The position numbers and the translations under genes were made by a program. From Phyllosticta citribraziliensis (taxonomy: Eukaryota): a DNA stretch of 64,000 bases. The notes under the pieces are model-generated. The model was not told the origin of the DNA, ran no database searches, and saw nothing but the letters and a program-made list of their open reading frames with translations. Shown here piece by piece: positions 51,383-64,000 of the stretch (positions are counted from its first letter, which is position 1; every line of letters starts with the position of its first letter). The stretch is taken from positions 620,001 to 684,000 of the forward strand of contig NW_027117353.1 in assembly GCF_038025025.1 (NCBI RefSeq), written 5' to 3'.

Positions 51383-51930
51383 GACGTGGAATTGTGAGCT
51401 GGGACTTGGCGACAGACGGGAGAGGGCAGAAGGGTCGGCCGGGTACTGAAGTGGGTGGTGGGATTGGAGTGTGGGGGCAATGCAACGGATGGAACGCCCA
51501 ACCCAACCTCGGCCGTTAACGCCGGCCAAGGTCATGACGAAGGAGCCGATGAAAGAAAAGGACCAGGACCGCCCTTCTCTCCCTCTACATTACTCTACCC
51601 ATTCCTCTTCCTTGTCTCGCCTTGCTGCGAGTCGTGCCACCGTCGCCTGTCACCTTGTCTCTACACATCCCACACACTCCGCACTCCGTACTCCTCCACC
51701 ATCCACCATCCACCTCGTCCCATCGGCCCAGGCCCACTCACTCCATTCTCTCGCCGTTAGGCCTACCATCACGCTACATCCTGCGCCCTCGACACCTCTC
51801 GACGGCCCAACTGCCTCTCCAGGACTCTCGGCGTCTACCGCTCACCGATTACTCAAAACCCGCATACCGCCTTGCTCATCTCTTCAACTCTCAACACCTC
51901 CGACTATCGACCCTCACTTTTCCCCGCGAC

Positions 51931-52395
51931 ATGGACCCGCAGAGAAACCAACCACCCTTCGGCACACAGCGCCCAGCATTCGCCCTTGGCCCCGAGTCTG
52001 CCAGTTCCGTATCAAGAAGCTCCAGCAGTCTTTCCACCATGTCATCTGCCGCCGTTCCCATCGCCGGAGCCTCGTCGCAACCGCAGCAACACCACACCTC
52101 CGCTCCCATCCCTCCATCCTCGCCCGTCCAGCAAACCCACTTCATGGGCTCGATACCGGCAGCCACCGCCACCGCACTGCCCGCCGGACAACCTCAGTTC
52201 CCCGTGCAACAACCACAGGCTCCTGCGGCAGCAAGACCGAGCGGCTGGGACTACAATCCAAATCGCGAGGGTGCAGGGCGGACCACACAGGAGACCGCCG
52301 CGTTCCTCAACGAATACAGCCTCGTCGCGGAAGCGGCAAAGCGGGCACAGATGGCGGTCTTGATGCGCGACATGGAGGCGGTAGAGTTGTCGTAA
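51931..52395 (+). CDS. Small conserved-type fungal protein of unknown function
   Basis: Low-complexity N-terminus and a helical C-terminus QETAAFLNEYSLVAEAAKRAQMAVLMRDMEAVELS of a kind I recall in ascomycete hypothetical proteins; coding-like codon bias; divergent from KTI12. Confidence 0.7.
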   Translation: MDPQRNQPPFGTQRPAFALGPESASSVSRSSSSLSTMSSAAVPIAGASSQPQQHHTSAPIPPSSPVQQTHFMGSIPAATATALPAGQPQFPVQQPQAPAAARPSGWDYNPNREGAGRTTQETAAFLNEYSLVAEAAKRAQMAVLMRDMEAVELS

Positions 52396-54273
52396 GATGC
52401 GCAGCAATTTTCGCACGATCATGGTGTGATGCTGCTCCACGGCATACACACGGCTTCGCTCCCGCCCCCGCAGTGCGCTGGCATTGCATGGCACACTTGC
52501 ACAACCTGACAGCCGACCCCAGAATCTGCGGGCGCAACACCAAAGGGAGGGAGAGCACACCGCGCTGGGCTGGGGAAGCCAAGGAAGGGCTCAGGCGCGC
52601 GCGACCGAAGACCCTGGCGGGCAAATCGATAACCTGTGGAGCAGCGCCAGCAGCACCGCGTTCCGCACATGGCCAGCCGACTCGTGAAACTCGCGGGGTC
52701 GCGGCCAAAGGTCCCTTGATCCTCTGCTCCCTGTACATTCGTCCCTGGCCCACCCAGCCAACCCTTTTTCACGTGCCGTCCTCTTTTTCCCACCCCCTTG
52801 CGCCCTGTTTTCCCACGGGCTCGTCTTTCCCATTCTGCGGAAATAATCACGGTTTGACTCGGTCGGTCGGCTGCTTCTTTGGCGTCTTGCAATCGAGACG
52901 CTGCTGTGCGGGATCGGCACGCACTCCCTACAAGCATGCATCACGCAACTTCGATCGGACAGGAAGACGCTTCTACACAGACGGACGAAAATGCACTTGG
53001 TGTTTGGACGACGCGGCAGGCACAATCAAATTTCCACACCCAGGATTTCTTCGAACCACCGTAGCTGTCTATTCACCCTTGCAGATTGGTCGAGAATATC
53101 CTAGCAGTCGTGGGAGTCCTGGGCCAAAAACCGGTGCGACAGATTCTCACTTCTTTTCCCTTTTGCGACAGGCATCTTCTACTTTTTTCTTTCATCTCTA
53201 CCCCGGCATGATGGATGACTTGACAGTAGTCAGTTTTTTGTTGGATACCACCTGGCTCACCCACCTCTATTTCTCCTCTCTCACTTTAGCGCTTGGATAC
53301 CGTAGCTCATGACGAATGGAACGGAATGGATGTCGCTCGATTGCGACATTTAGACTTGCCACTGCGTCTCTTGATGTCTTCTGGGAGCATTCCTGATTCT
53401 AACCTTACTGCTGTGCTGGACCGGAGTGGCATGCCTTTGTCCTAGTGGCTATGAGTGAGGGACAAAGACACACTCCATCACCATCATCATCAGCTCCGCG
53501 CACGCGCACGTGGAGTAGCACACGCGTGCCAGAAACCTACCCACATGCTCTAGAACACCCGACATCGCACTCTCACTAGCCAACGTGATCACGGCAGCAG
53601 GCAGCCATCACAGCCTCGAACTCTACTCCCTATACATATAAAAACCCCCTAGCTGCCCCTCTCTACTTCTCCTCAGGGCGCACCACGCAGCTATTTCTCT
53701 ATGCATCTTTCGACAGCATAGACGAAGACTTCTGCTGCTGTCGATTGGCGGTGTAAGCTACTGGTTTCTTGTGTTTGTTTTGTGGATTCTACAGCTTTCT
53801 GGGCTGGTCGCGGGCAAGGAGGCTTCGTCATCTTGGTGGTGTAGTGGTGTGCATGTGCATGATGTGGTGATGAGGCATAGGTGGTGTAGGAAATAGATGT
53901 CGTGGTGAGTTAATGCTGTAGATTTGGTTGTGGATGCTACAGCAGGTAGGCTGGTGAGAGCGAGAGAGCGGTGCGATGAATGCTTCCTGCGCGTACGCGT
54001 ACGCCTAGAATTATCAACCTTCTTGCATTTGATGCTGGTACAATGCGAATCCAGCAGCGTCAAGACACAGTGATGAAGACAATGGTTCCATAGTGAGCAT
54101 GTCAAGCCTGCTGGCTACATGTGGCATTGCTGTAGAAGATGTGTGCTTTTCCTGCTCTAGAAGCGTGGTACCTCCCTATCGAACGACTACCTGTACTCTG
54201 CCTCGCTCGATTCCTCATTGCATTGCCTGAACGTCTTCCTTCGCCACAGCAACGACTCGACTCGACTCACTGC

Positions 54274-56251
54274 CTATCTCGCACCGTAGTACGCAGCATC
54301 GCCACCCACACCAACTCCCACGCCCACTCCTCCCCCCCTGACCGCATCCCCACCACCCTCATCCAATCCCAAACCCCTCGCAATCTTCCGAATGACGACC
54401 TTCTTCAAGAACGCCTCGCGCGCAATCGCGCGCACCTGCTTGGCAAAGACGTCGGCGCCAACGCGGCCCTGATCCAGCGCCTTGCCCAGCACGTGGATGG
54501 CCTCGCCACACGCCCGCTCCTCGGCCACCAGTCGCCACAGCTGGCTGGCCGCCACTGTCGGCGCAACGAGCACCTCGTCGACGTCCGGCACCGCGCGCCC
54601 GTGCGTGTCGGCAATGACGCGGTCAGCCTCGCGCATGGCGCCGTCCAGCACCGCTGCGTTGGACGTGAGCGTTGCCGAGAGGGACGCCAGGTTGCCGCGC
54701 TCCGATTGCAGCCGCGAGTAGGCGGCGACGAGCGCCGCGTGTTGAGCGCGCAGCGGCGGCAGCGCTGAGAGGTTCGCGGATACCGTTTGGGAGGTCAGCG
54801 TGCGCAGGTGTGAGGACAGCGCTGTGAGGAGGGCGTCCTTTTGCGGGTTCGGCGGGATGGGGGGAGCAGGGGGGAGCGCGTTGGATGAGGGATCTTGCGA
54901 GGGCAGCGTCACGTCGAGGGGAGACGTCAGGAGGTCGAAAGCAGGCGGTTTGGGAGCGGGGGCGGTGGGCGCAGGAGCGGACGTGACTGGCGGAGGAAAT
55001 TGGGGTTGCGGTGGCTGTTGGTATGGCGGAGATGCGAAATTTGGCGGCTGATATTGATATGTCTGAGGAGGCGGCGGCGGAGGTGGTGCGCTGTACGTTG
55101 GTGGTGCCGGAGACGCTTGGGAAGCCGCATCTTGTCCTGGAAGTGGAGGTGGCCGAGAATATCTTGCTGGAGGGTCTCCGGGTGTGCCGCCAGGACTAAT
55201 TGGACTCACGGGGCTATCTCGTCCGATTGGGGAAGGGCGCGGTGGGTAAACATATTGCGGGCGCGGCTGTGCTTGTGTTGGTCCATGTATCTGGGGAGGA
55301 TACTGGTGCGGGATCGGCGGTGATCCATATCCAGAACCACCATTTTGAGATGCAATTTGAGGGGGCAAGGGTGGCACTGGTGGTGCTGTCGGCGGTGGTT
55401 GACTGTATCCATTCGCACTAGCCTGTCCGTTTGACAGGCTTGTGTCCTTTGGTGGTTTCGGTGGCGGAGGAGGAGGAGTGGGCTGATGCTGAGGGGCTGG
55501 AGACGGACTTGCTCGCGGTTGCATTTGCTGTCTCCACTCTTCGGGCGTTGGGGGGACAGGCGGTGGCTGTTGTTGACGCTGAGGGGAGCTGTAGCCTTGA
55601 CTCTTCGCGACCACGGGGGGTTCCTTGGCGAAAACGCCGCGAAGGACGGTGAGAAAGTCCGCAATGGATGATTTCTGCAACAAGTTAGTCCACGAGCTTG
55701 CGCCGCAGCAAACGTCCCCAAGGCAAATGTGACATGAACCATTCGACATTTCTCCCGACGTCCAACTTACATCCCAGTGTTGTGACCAACCACTCAAATA
55801 TGGGTGATAGACCCGCCCGTCCGAGCTGACATGCTGTCCCGGACGCACCAACATGTCTTGGTTCGGCGTCACGTAGACCAAAGGTGGCTCTCGAGGATAT
55901 GCGTGCGGCACCCACAATGCGATCGGGAAGCGGTAGACAGCGCCGCGGAACTGCACAGGTATGGTGCCGTTGAGGAGGAGGAGCAGCGCGGGAGTGCCAT
56001 TTTCGTAGGCTGAGGAGCGTGTCAATGAGGCGACGGTGCCAATCGCGAGAGAGTTGACGCACTGTAGACTTCGGTTTTGGGGGAGAGAGACGGATACTGC
56101 CCAAGAGCTTCGGCGGCGTCGTTGTAAGTCCGGTTTACATCTGTGTATTCCTAGATGGGTCGTCAGAGGGGTTCGACTGGATTGCGAGCAGCATTACATT
56201 TGCTAGGACGCTGTATAACCAATTCAAGACGCGGTCGTTGACTGGGGGCAT
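54274..56251 (-). CDS. VPS23: ESCRT-I subunit Vps23/TSG101 (UEV, proline-rich linker, steadiness box)
   Basis: MPPVNDRVLNWLYSVLAN; LLLNGTIPVQFRGAVYRFPIALWVPHAYPREPP; DGRVYHPYL; C-terminal QLWRLVAEERA...FAKQVRAIAREAFLKK. Confidence 0.93.
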
Positions 56252-56629
56252 TGTTGGTGGGGAGTTGAGGTTGGAGAGCAAGACGTCAGGTGCGGGACCC
56301 GACATGGATCCATGCTGGCCCGCACCGGCGCCCGACTCGCGAACCACCAAGTTGCCAGTCGTCTTTCGAGACATGCATGCGAGCATGCAAGCTTTACAAG
56401 GCCTCTTCATCTAAATTTGGAGTTTCGTCACTTTCTTCAATCAAGTATCGCTGGCTTCAAATGATTCATTCAGGTGTATTTTCGAGAGTATCAACTCCCT
56501 CCCGTTCATAAGCCTATGATACACATGCCACTCGGAAATGAGGGTTCCGCTGGTCCAGTCCCTAAACGCCTAGCTGAAAGACACGCTGCACTATCAAATC
56601 CTACCATTTGAACACCCAGAGCAACAGTT

Positions 56630-58367
56630 TTAGTGCTGGCTCCACTCAATCGTGTTGAGATCGATTCCTTCCTGGACCAGCTCCCACAGAGGGCTCAGTT
56701 CTCGCAGGAAGTTGACCCTTTCCCTGACCGCGTGGAGCACGTAGTCAATTTCGCCATCGGTAGTGAAGCGGCCAATACCAAAGCGAATACTGCTGTGGGC
56801 ACTTTCGTCGCTGCTACCAAGGGCGCGGAGGACGTAGCTGGGCTCAAGGGAGGCAGAAGTGCAGGCACTGCCGGACGAGAGGGCGATATCCTTGAGAGCC
56901 ATGAGGAGGGACTCACCCTCGACGTAGGCAAAAGACACGTTAACACAGCCGGGGTAGTGGCGGGTTGGGTCACCGTTCAGAGTGGTGTGCTCCATGGACA
57001 AGAGGCCGTCCTTGAGCTTCTTGGAAAGGGCCGTGATGCGCTTGCTGTCGTACTGTTGCGAGTCAGCGTCTGGTTCCGAATGATGACGGATGACTGGTGA
57101 AGAGAATCATCTCCGATCATAACCCCTGCTGTAAAGCAACACAGTTTCCGGGGCACGGTGCATGCACCGCGGACACCCTCAAAGACTTCAGGAAGTCATG
57201 CATGTTTAAAGCACAAAATCATATGGAACGGATAAGAGATGAGGGACGGAGGGTGGGGTGGGGGCTTACCGGCATGTCTTCGTTGCAAAGGCGCGCAGCC
57301 TCGCCAAAGCCAATGGCGAGTGGGGCTGCCAATGTACCGCTCCTCAGACCGCGCTCCTGGCCACCACCGCTGATGATGGGGTCAAGCCTGACCCTGGGCC
57401 GTCTGCGCACGTAGCAGGCACCGATGCCCTTGGGACCATACAGCTTGTGGGCAGAGATGGACATGAGATCAATGTTCATCTTGTTGACGTCGAGAGGGAT
57501 CTTGCCCACAGCCTGAGCACCGTCAGTGTGGAAGAAAATCTTGCGCTGGCGACAGATTCGGCCAATCTCTTCGACCGGCTGGACGACACCAATCTCATTG
57601 TTCACGGTCATGATGCTGACGAGGGCGGTGTCGGGCCTGATGGCCTTTTCCAGGGCCTCGAGGTCGACGAGACCGTTGGGCTGAACGGGGAGATAGGTGA
57701 CGTCAACACCTTCGTCCTGCAGGTGGCGACAGCTGTCGAGCACGCACTTGTGCTCGGTCTGGCAGGTAATGATGTGCTTCTTCTTACCCGACCTCTTGAA
57801 GAATCGCGCGACACCCTTGATGCTCATGTTGTTGCTCTCGGTTGCGCCGCTGGTGAAGATGATTTCCTTGGGGTCGGCGCCGATGAGCTGGGCAATGTGA
57901 GCTCTCGACTGCTCGACGGCCCTTTCAGTCTCCCAGCCGTAGGCGTGTGTGCGCGAGTGCGGGTTGCCGTAGAGGCCGGTATAGAAGGGGAGCATGGCGT
58001 CGAGTACGCGCGGGTCCGTGGGCGTCGTGGCCTGCATGTCGAGATAGATGGGGCGAGTTCCCTGGTCCATGACGGATGCCTGCTTGAGGATGCCGGCCTG
58101 GGGGCTCATCATGGCGTCGCCGCTCAATCCCGTGGCAGGCGCCTTGGCGTCCGAGGGCGCAATGCCCTCTTTGCGCAAAAAGGCCTTTTGGTCAGCCTTG
58201 ATGGCGGCGTCGACGTTGACGGTGGCATGGTTGGACTTGGTCTCGGTGACATAGGAGCGCGTGGGTGCGAGGGATCGTAGAGAGGCGGCGGGCAGGGCGT
58301 GGGCGGGGAGTCTCCTGGAGCCGAGCCTGATGGCCTGCCTCGCAGCGGAGGGAGTGAAGGCAGACAT
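56630..58367 (-). CDS. NFS1: Mitochondrial cysteine desulfurase (2 exons; intron ~57269-57054)
   Basis: [40 protein letters not shown] (PLP Lys); SSGSACTS; ends IEWSQH. Confidence 0.98.
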
Positions 58368-59044
58368 TTTGCGAGCAGACGAGAAAAGATTTGAGGATGG
58401 GCGGGAGGGGCGGTAGAGGATGGGGCGGGACTGGAGGCGGCGACCGGAATTGGAAGCGAGGGCGATGTGATCAGATCAGATAGGTGACTAAGCGCGGGCG
58501 GCGGAAGCCGGCAGAACCAGGCACCGGGCTCCGATCCGGGACCCGAAGACGCATGCGGAAGCCGAGCAGCCGGAGCGAAAGCGAGCGGAGCCAATCAGCG
58601 CCAAGCCTCTGTACTTCTCGTTGTTGACTGCAGAAGACGATCGAATAGCTGCTTTCACTTGCGGTGTTGTCTCTCTCTCTTCTCCTCTCATCTCGACTCA
58701 GCCCCAGTCCTCACCTGCTCAGCCTCGCTTCTTGACCCCCATCCCATCCCTCGCGCCTGTCAGCGTGCTGTCGCCTGTCACCCACGGCGCCGTCGCGTTA
58801 AGCTTCTCCGGATTGGCGGGTGCGACATCATCGGCCAGGGCATCTCGCCAAGCCACATCCAAGCGCAAGAGCCCGCCCACCGGCAGTCGTCATCGTTGAC
58901 TGACTTGCGCCCTCTTCTACTCCTACTCCGAACCCTGCCGCCAGCTGCCTCGACACTCTACTCGCATCCTCCTCCAAACCACCTTCTCCCTGCCTCCCTC
59001 GCCGACTTTTCTGTCCTTCTTTGTCTCCGCCAACTTCCCCCATC

Positions 59045-60687
59045 ATGAGCTGGAAGGGCTTTACCAAGGGCGTCGTGCGCGTAAGGACTCCAGCTGCCGT
59101 GTCCGCTCCCCATCCCGGTGCCTAACCTAACCTTGTACCTCTCTAGGCTCCCCAAGCCGTCAAGTCAAAGTTCAACCTGGTGAGCCTCGCCAACCTGCAA
59201 AGACAACACTCGCTTCGCGATAGGGCTGACAAGGGTCGCCGCCCCCCAGGGAGAAATCTCAAAGGACCCTGTCTACATCGATGCCGAGCGGCGCTTCCAG
59301 GAGCTGGAAAAGGAGACCAAGAAGCTCCATGAAGAGTCTCAAAAGTAGGATCCCGAGCCCGCTGCGACCCGGCCTTTGCTGATTTGCCCAGGTACTTTGA
59401 ATCCATCAATGGTATAGCCCTCTGCCGGCACGCCTCCACGACCCCGCTACTGACCCGCTCGTCGCAGGCATGCTGAGCCACCAAATCGAGTTTTCCAAGG
59501 CCATTGCCGAAATCTACAAGCCCATATCAGGTCGCGTCTCGGATCCAGACTCTTTCTTGGACGAGGGAAATGAGGCGGGCATTCGTGCAGCCGAGGAATA
59601 CCAAGAGATTGTGCGGGAGCTCCAAGCGACCCTGGCCCCCGAGCTGGAAATGATTGAAGCTCGCGTCATCAAGCCGGCCGACGAGCTGCTGGCGATTATC
59701 AAGATGATCCGGAAAGTCGCACTCAAGCGAGACCACAAGCAGCTCGACTATGACCGACACCGCGCAACCCTCAAGAAGCTCCAGGACAAGAAGGACAGGT
59801 CTCTCAAGGACGAAAAGGCTCTGTACAAAGCGGAAAACGACGTCGAAATGGCCACGCAAGAGTACAACTACTTCAACGACCTTATGAAGGCCGAACTGCC
59901 CAAGCTCTTCGAGCTCGAGCGCGAGTTCATCAAGCCCCTCTTCCAGTCCTTTTACTACATGCAGCTCAACGTCTTTTACACCCTCCACGAGCGGATGCAG
60001 AACATTGACATTGGATACTTCAACCTGACTTTGGACATTGAGGCTGCCTTTGAGGAGAAGCGGGGTGACATCAAGGACCGCGCCGAAGCCCTCGCCATCA
60101 CCAAGTTCAAGACCACGGGCGGTGTTAGACGGCCCCCTGCTCTCAAGTACGGCAATAAGCCGCAGCTGGCGATCGAGGGGAGCAAGCCCCAGCTTGCCAT
60201 TGAATCGGGCCGCAGCGACTCCACCAGCCAACGCCGCCTAACAATGGACTCTTCGGACGCGCTGCCTCCGCCATCGTATCAGAGCGCCCTCGCCTCACCG
60301 ACCGTTGCCGGCTCCCTCGCAGCCGGTGGGACCGACATCAAGCGCAGCGCTAGCACGGGCAGCAATTGGGGCGCAATAGCAAAGTCAAAGGGTGCAGCAC
60401 CGCCGCCGCCAAAGCCCAAGCCTGCCCGTTTGGCAGGATCGTCGGCGGTGGAGAAATGCACTGCACTTTATGACTACGAGGCGCAAGCCGAAGGCGACCT
60501 GAGTTTCTCGGCTGGCGAGGTCATTGAGATTGTGAACCGGACGCAGAATGAAAATGAATGGTGGACGGGCAAGACAAGAGGAAGAACGGGCCAATTTCCT
60601 GGTGAGCTAATCCTTTCTGCCCATGGGCTAGGGGACAACCAACTGATCTTGATTTCAGGAAACTATGTGCGCTTAAACCCGCAATGA
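59045..60687 (+). CDS. RVS167: Amphiphysin-like BAR-SH3 protein Rvs167 (multi-exon)
   Basis: [42 protein letters not shown] domain; SH3 [22 protein letters not shown]...WWTG...GQFPG|NYVRL. Confidence 0.96.
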
Positions 60688-63600
60688 TAGAATCCTTCCA
60701 TCGCATGTCGACTCTTCCTGTCCAATCTCCTTGTGGATAGACGGCGTTGCGTAATGCTACGGAGACCTCCCAACATCCACATTTTTCACTGGGTTGACTT
60801 TCATCTTTTTCCTGGCTCCTCGTCCTTCGCCAACCCAAATGATATCACTTGTCGAATTACTCGCGCCGACGGACTCTCGCAGGGCTACATCAGCTCTTCC
60901 ACTGTAACCGCAACCATTGATTCCGGTTTCTACTTATCTTTCTGACGACGGAGTTGGGCTGGGAGCTGTTGGGTAGAATGCAAGGAACGATTGGGGGCGG
61001 GATGGCCGTGTGGTGGTTGGACGGACATGTGCCGCGAGGGTAGCACACGGAAAACTGGCAGCAAGTGAAGAGAACCTCCTAGGCATCGGCGAGTCGTGTC
61101 ACGTCTTGGGTGGCCCCTCGAGTGGTGCCAGCTGTGCACACTGCCACGGCTCGCCGCAAACATTAACGTGAGAGAAGGAGGCGAGGAGGAGTGGATGTGA
61201 GAGGAACCCGTGCCTCTCTTCTTCGCTTGGGACGCTGTCTGCTCATCTTTCCGTCTGCTTGTCCGTCCGTCCGTATGTGGCTGTTGTACAATATATACAT
61301 TTTCGTTCGCCCTGCGCCTGTTCCTTGCTCGGTCTTCCTACCCCCCGACATGAAAAATATTACCTCGCTCATATCGAATCACTCTTGACCTGCTGCCCCT
61401 TGGCCGTTCCTTCTGCTCATCCCTTGCTTCATCCGCCTCGAGCGCTAGCCGTCGTCTTACTTGCTGTCCTTGTGCTCAACCCCGTTCAACCACAACGCTG
61501 AAGATCCCATACTGGCGTGACGTCGATGGACTAAACAAGTGAGCTAGCTCAGCAGAAAGACAAACGCAGACACCCACCAAAACCAAAGGACAACAAGTAA
61601 CCTTCAAGTCTGGTTTTCCCCGCACGGTTGCTCATTTGCGCATCACCTCTTCCTCACATCCTGCATCGAGGCTGTCGATGCATCGGAGTCTGAGAAGGGC
61701 TGGCGGCGCTTTATATACCCTCGAGTACTCCACATGGTACCCCTGATTCCGCACGTGAAGCATCCTTGCGCTACATCACATGTGCGCGCATGCGGAGCCT
61801 CCTGGCGCGTGGAGGGCGGTCGTGACTGTGTGTGCAAGGGAGGGGGTGGTTGAGTGGTCGGTGCGGTTGTTGTGCTTGGTGTATATATATATCTTCTTGT
61901 GCCGCTGTGCTGCTGGTCACTTTTCTGAGAAAGGGGCTGTGCCTGATTGAGGAGGTGCGTCACAGGGTCTTCACACACGTACTTTGCGCCGCTTCTTTTT
62001 GTTTTTCGTTTTTTTTTGAGATTCTGATTGTTGGAGAAGTGGAGAATGTAGGGGAGGAGTGGTGCATCTTGAGGAATAATGCAAAATAGCGTGGAATTCA
62101 AAGGGGGAGCGGGGGCGTCATAATTTAATGCTGATGTCCTGCCACCTGGCACGATGGTAGAGCGGGATTCACGCTCATAGGAAACTCATGGCGGCAAAAT
62201 GGAAGCACCAGAAAAAAGCAAAAAGTCTGTGTTCACAGAGATCCTCTTCTAACGGAGCACAGTGGCCCAGCTGTTTCGTGGAATTAGAGCGACGCGCTCA
62301 CTCGCAGTGTTGTAAAGCTCAGGACAAGCGGGAGGGAGTGCCCTTTTATACTCCGCCTGGATGGACCGCGCTGTCAGTACGAGCGGCAGGTTGTGAAATG
62401 CACCTACTGAGCGACCGCGGGATTATCCAGCTGACCAAAAAGTCGCATGGGGACTGCGGAATCGGAGCGGTTACCAGCCCCTGATTCGCACAGTGCTTCT
62501 GCCGCTGGAGTATTTAAGCAGGAACCGCCGCTCGTTGTTTTCTGGCATCGAATTGTCGGCTTGACGGGGCGCTTTAAAGCACTGCGGCCCCTAAAAAAAT
62601 TCCAAGCCCTCCGTGTACTATGGTTACTTTTGTGCTGTCTTTCTCGATGTGCATTTCACAACCCATGAGAAGACAGAGACAAAAAAGAGCAATTGATGCA
62701 TGGATTCATCGTCATTGATCGATACTTGTCAGCACTGCTGGTCCATTGTCTTCTCTGCCACTTTATCATGTTAAAGAAACGAATCGTGGGCAGATCACCC
62801 CTGAATCTGATCCCAATGGCATAAAACCAAGAAAGAAAAGAAACAAGTGGAACGTGTCGATATCCGAGATCACCGCCGCAGTACCACATATTCGCGGTGC
62901 CTTTGTTAAGGCAGCGGACTTTGCCCTGTTGCCAGCCAAACCAGGGGAGCCCGAAACCTCCTTTTATACTTCAGAGCCTTCACATCACAAGCCAACAGCA
63001 GCCAAAACTTCCATCCGCACGATCAATCTCGCGCGTGACGCCATGCAATCACAAGCTACCCATTTAGGGGTATCAGCAGACAGCACTCTTTGGCGGCCAG
63101 ACCAAGCCAGCGCACCAACCTTCCACATGCTTGTCTTGTGGCCGCGTGTCTGTGCTGACCCGACAAGTATTTAAGCAGTGCTTCTCTTCGCGAATTTCTC
63201 TTGCATTCAACCCTCAGAAACTCCACTCGGGCGTAAATTATCGACTATGGCACTCTTTTTTGGCCGTTGCGGTATTATCTCTCATTTTATGTCCTGGGAG
63301 ACACCACGGTATCATCGCAGTCACTTGTTCCGGGAGTTTGAAACCGTCGTGTCTGTCCTGGCTATCGGGTCGGCTTTTGGTGAAGTGCTTCAGTTTTGTG
63401 AGAGTACGACATTCTTCGGCAACATTGCTCAGTGTTGACCTCCACTGTTAAAAGGGGTTGGATATCCTTCCACCAAGCCGGAGCTCAGAAAGAACTTGTG
63501 GACAGCAGGGGAGACGACGCGGGACGCCAAAAAGCTTTGTGAATGTCGAAGCCCGAGAGAAGCAAGTAGAAAAATGATTGTCCCTTGTCTCTCCAAAAGC

Positions 63601-64000
63601 ACTGGGAAGCAGTTGTTGATGTCAGGAACAATTGAAGAACAGGATCGATCAAGCCTTTAATACCACCACGACGCCGAAACCGGACCAGACACGCCTCCTG
63701 GCCCCTGGGTAGGCTTGTGAACTCCACTGCCCAGCGGACATGTGCGCAGCGGCAAACCCCGCGCTGTCGCCGCCGGACGCGAAGTATTTAAGTAGCTGCT
63801 CCCTCCCTCCGGACACTCATTCATTTGCAGCGACGTCCTGGGGTCTTTCAAAGATGATTACATTGCAAGTTCCTGGGTACTCGTGCCTTTGCTTGTGGAG
63901 AGCAAAGAGCTATTGAGTTTCTCCGGTCGCTCGCCCGGCGCCCGGGTGCGAAGATCTTGGGAGGAGAGTACATCACACCATGACGCCACTGTTTCATAAC

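Noticed and set aside
51471..53312. 613-aa plus ORF
   Set aside because: Non-ATG start, Arg/Pro-rich with no domain; overlaps a more credible small gene in another frame
60900..64000. Short ORFs at the window end
   Set aside because: No domains or coherent exon chains; probably intergenic

Overview
Eukaryotic (filamentous ascomycete, probably dothideomycete-like; taxonomy is an inference) genomic DNA with short GT-AG introns. A backbone of housekeeping genes (SUN/GH132-like, AhpC-TSA_2, class III ADH, SET protein, Sso1 syntaxin, F-box, DUF3431, gamma-tubulin, enoyl-CoA isomerase, KTI12, Vps23, NFS1, Rvs167) is interrupted by two visibly more AT-rich accessory blocks (~13.1-29.0 kb and ~39.6-44.2 kb) that encode a fungal NLR/cell-death-type gene set. 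It comprises three paralogous NACHT-ankyrin NLRs, a chimeric zinc-finger/NACHT protein, a HeLo-like-N-terminus protein and a SesB-like alpha/beta hydrolase. Main finding: manual splicing (not visible in the ORF track) gives the hydrolase a C-terminal tail (DTIFRERVENHGGVIMGSVYNAAADGMHFIGSSTTNYN) that aligns with the short N-terminus of the head-to-head NLR (DNTFGDVSNERGLFVANSINHGQQTQIGSQVINYH). This is the hallmark of an NLR-effector amyloid (prion-like) signalling pair, and the motif does not obviously match HET-s/HRAM, PP or sigma as I recall them. The other two NLRs carry related short N-terminal motifs partly encoded on micro-exons. An intronless, disrupted bacterial-type merB (organomercurial lyase) is also present. 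Exon boundaries were inferred by eye from splice consensus and protein continuity; no database searches were run.
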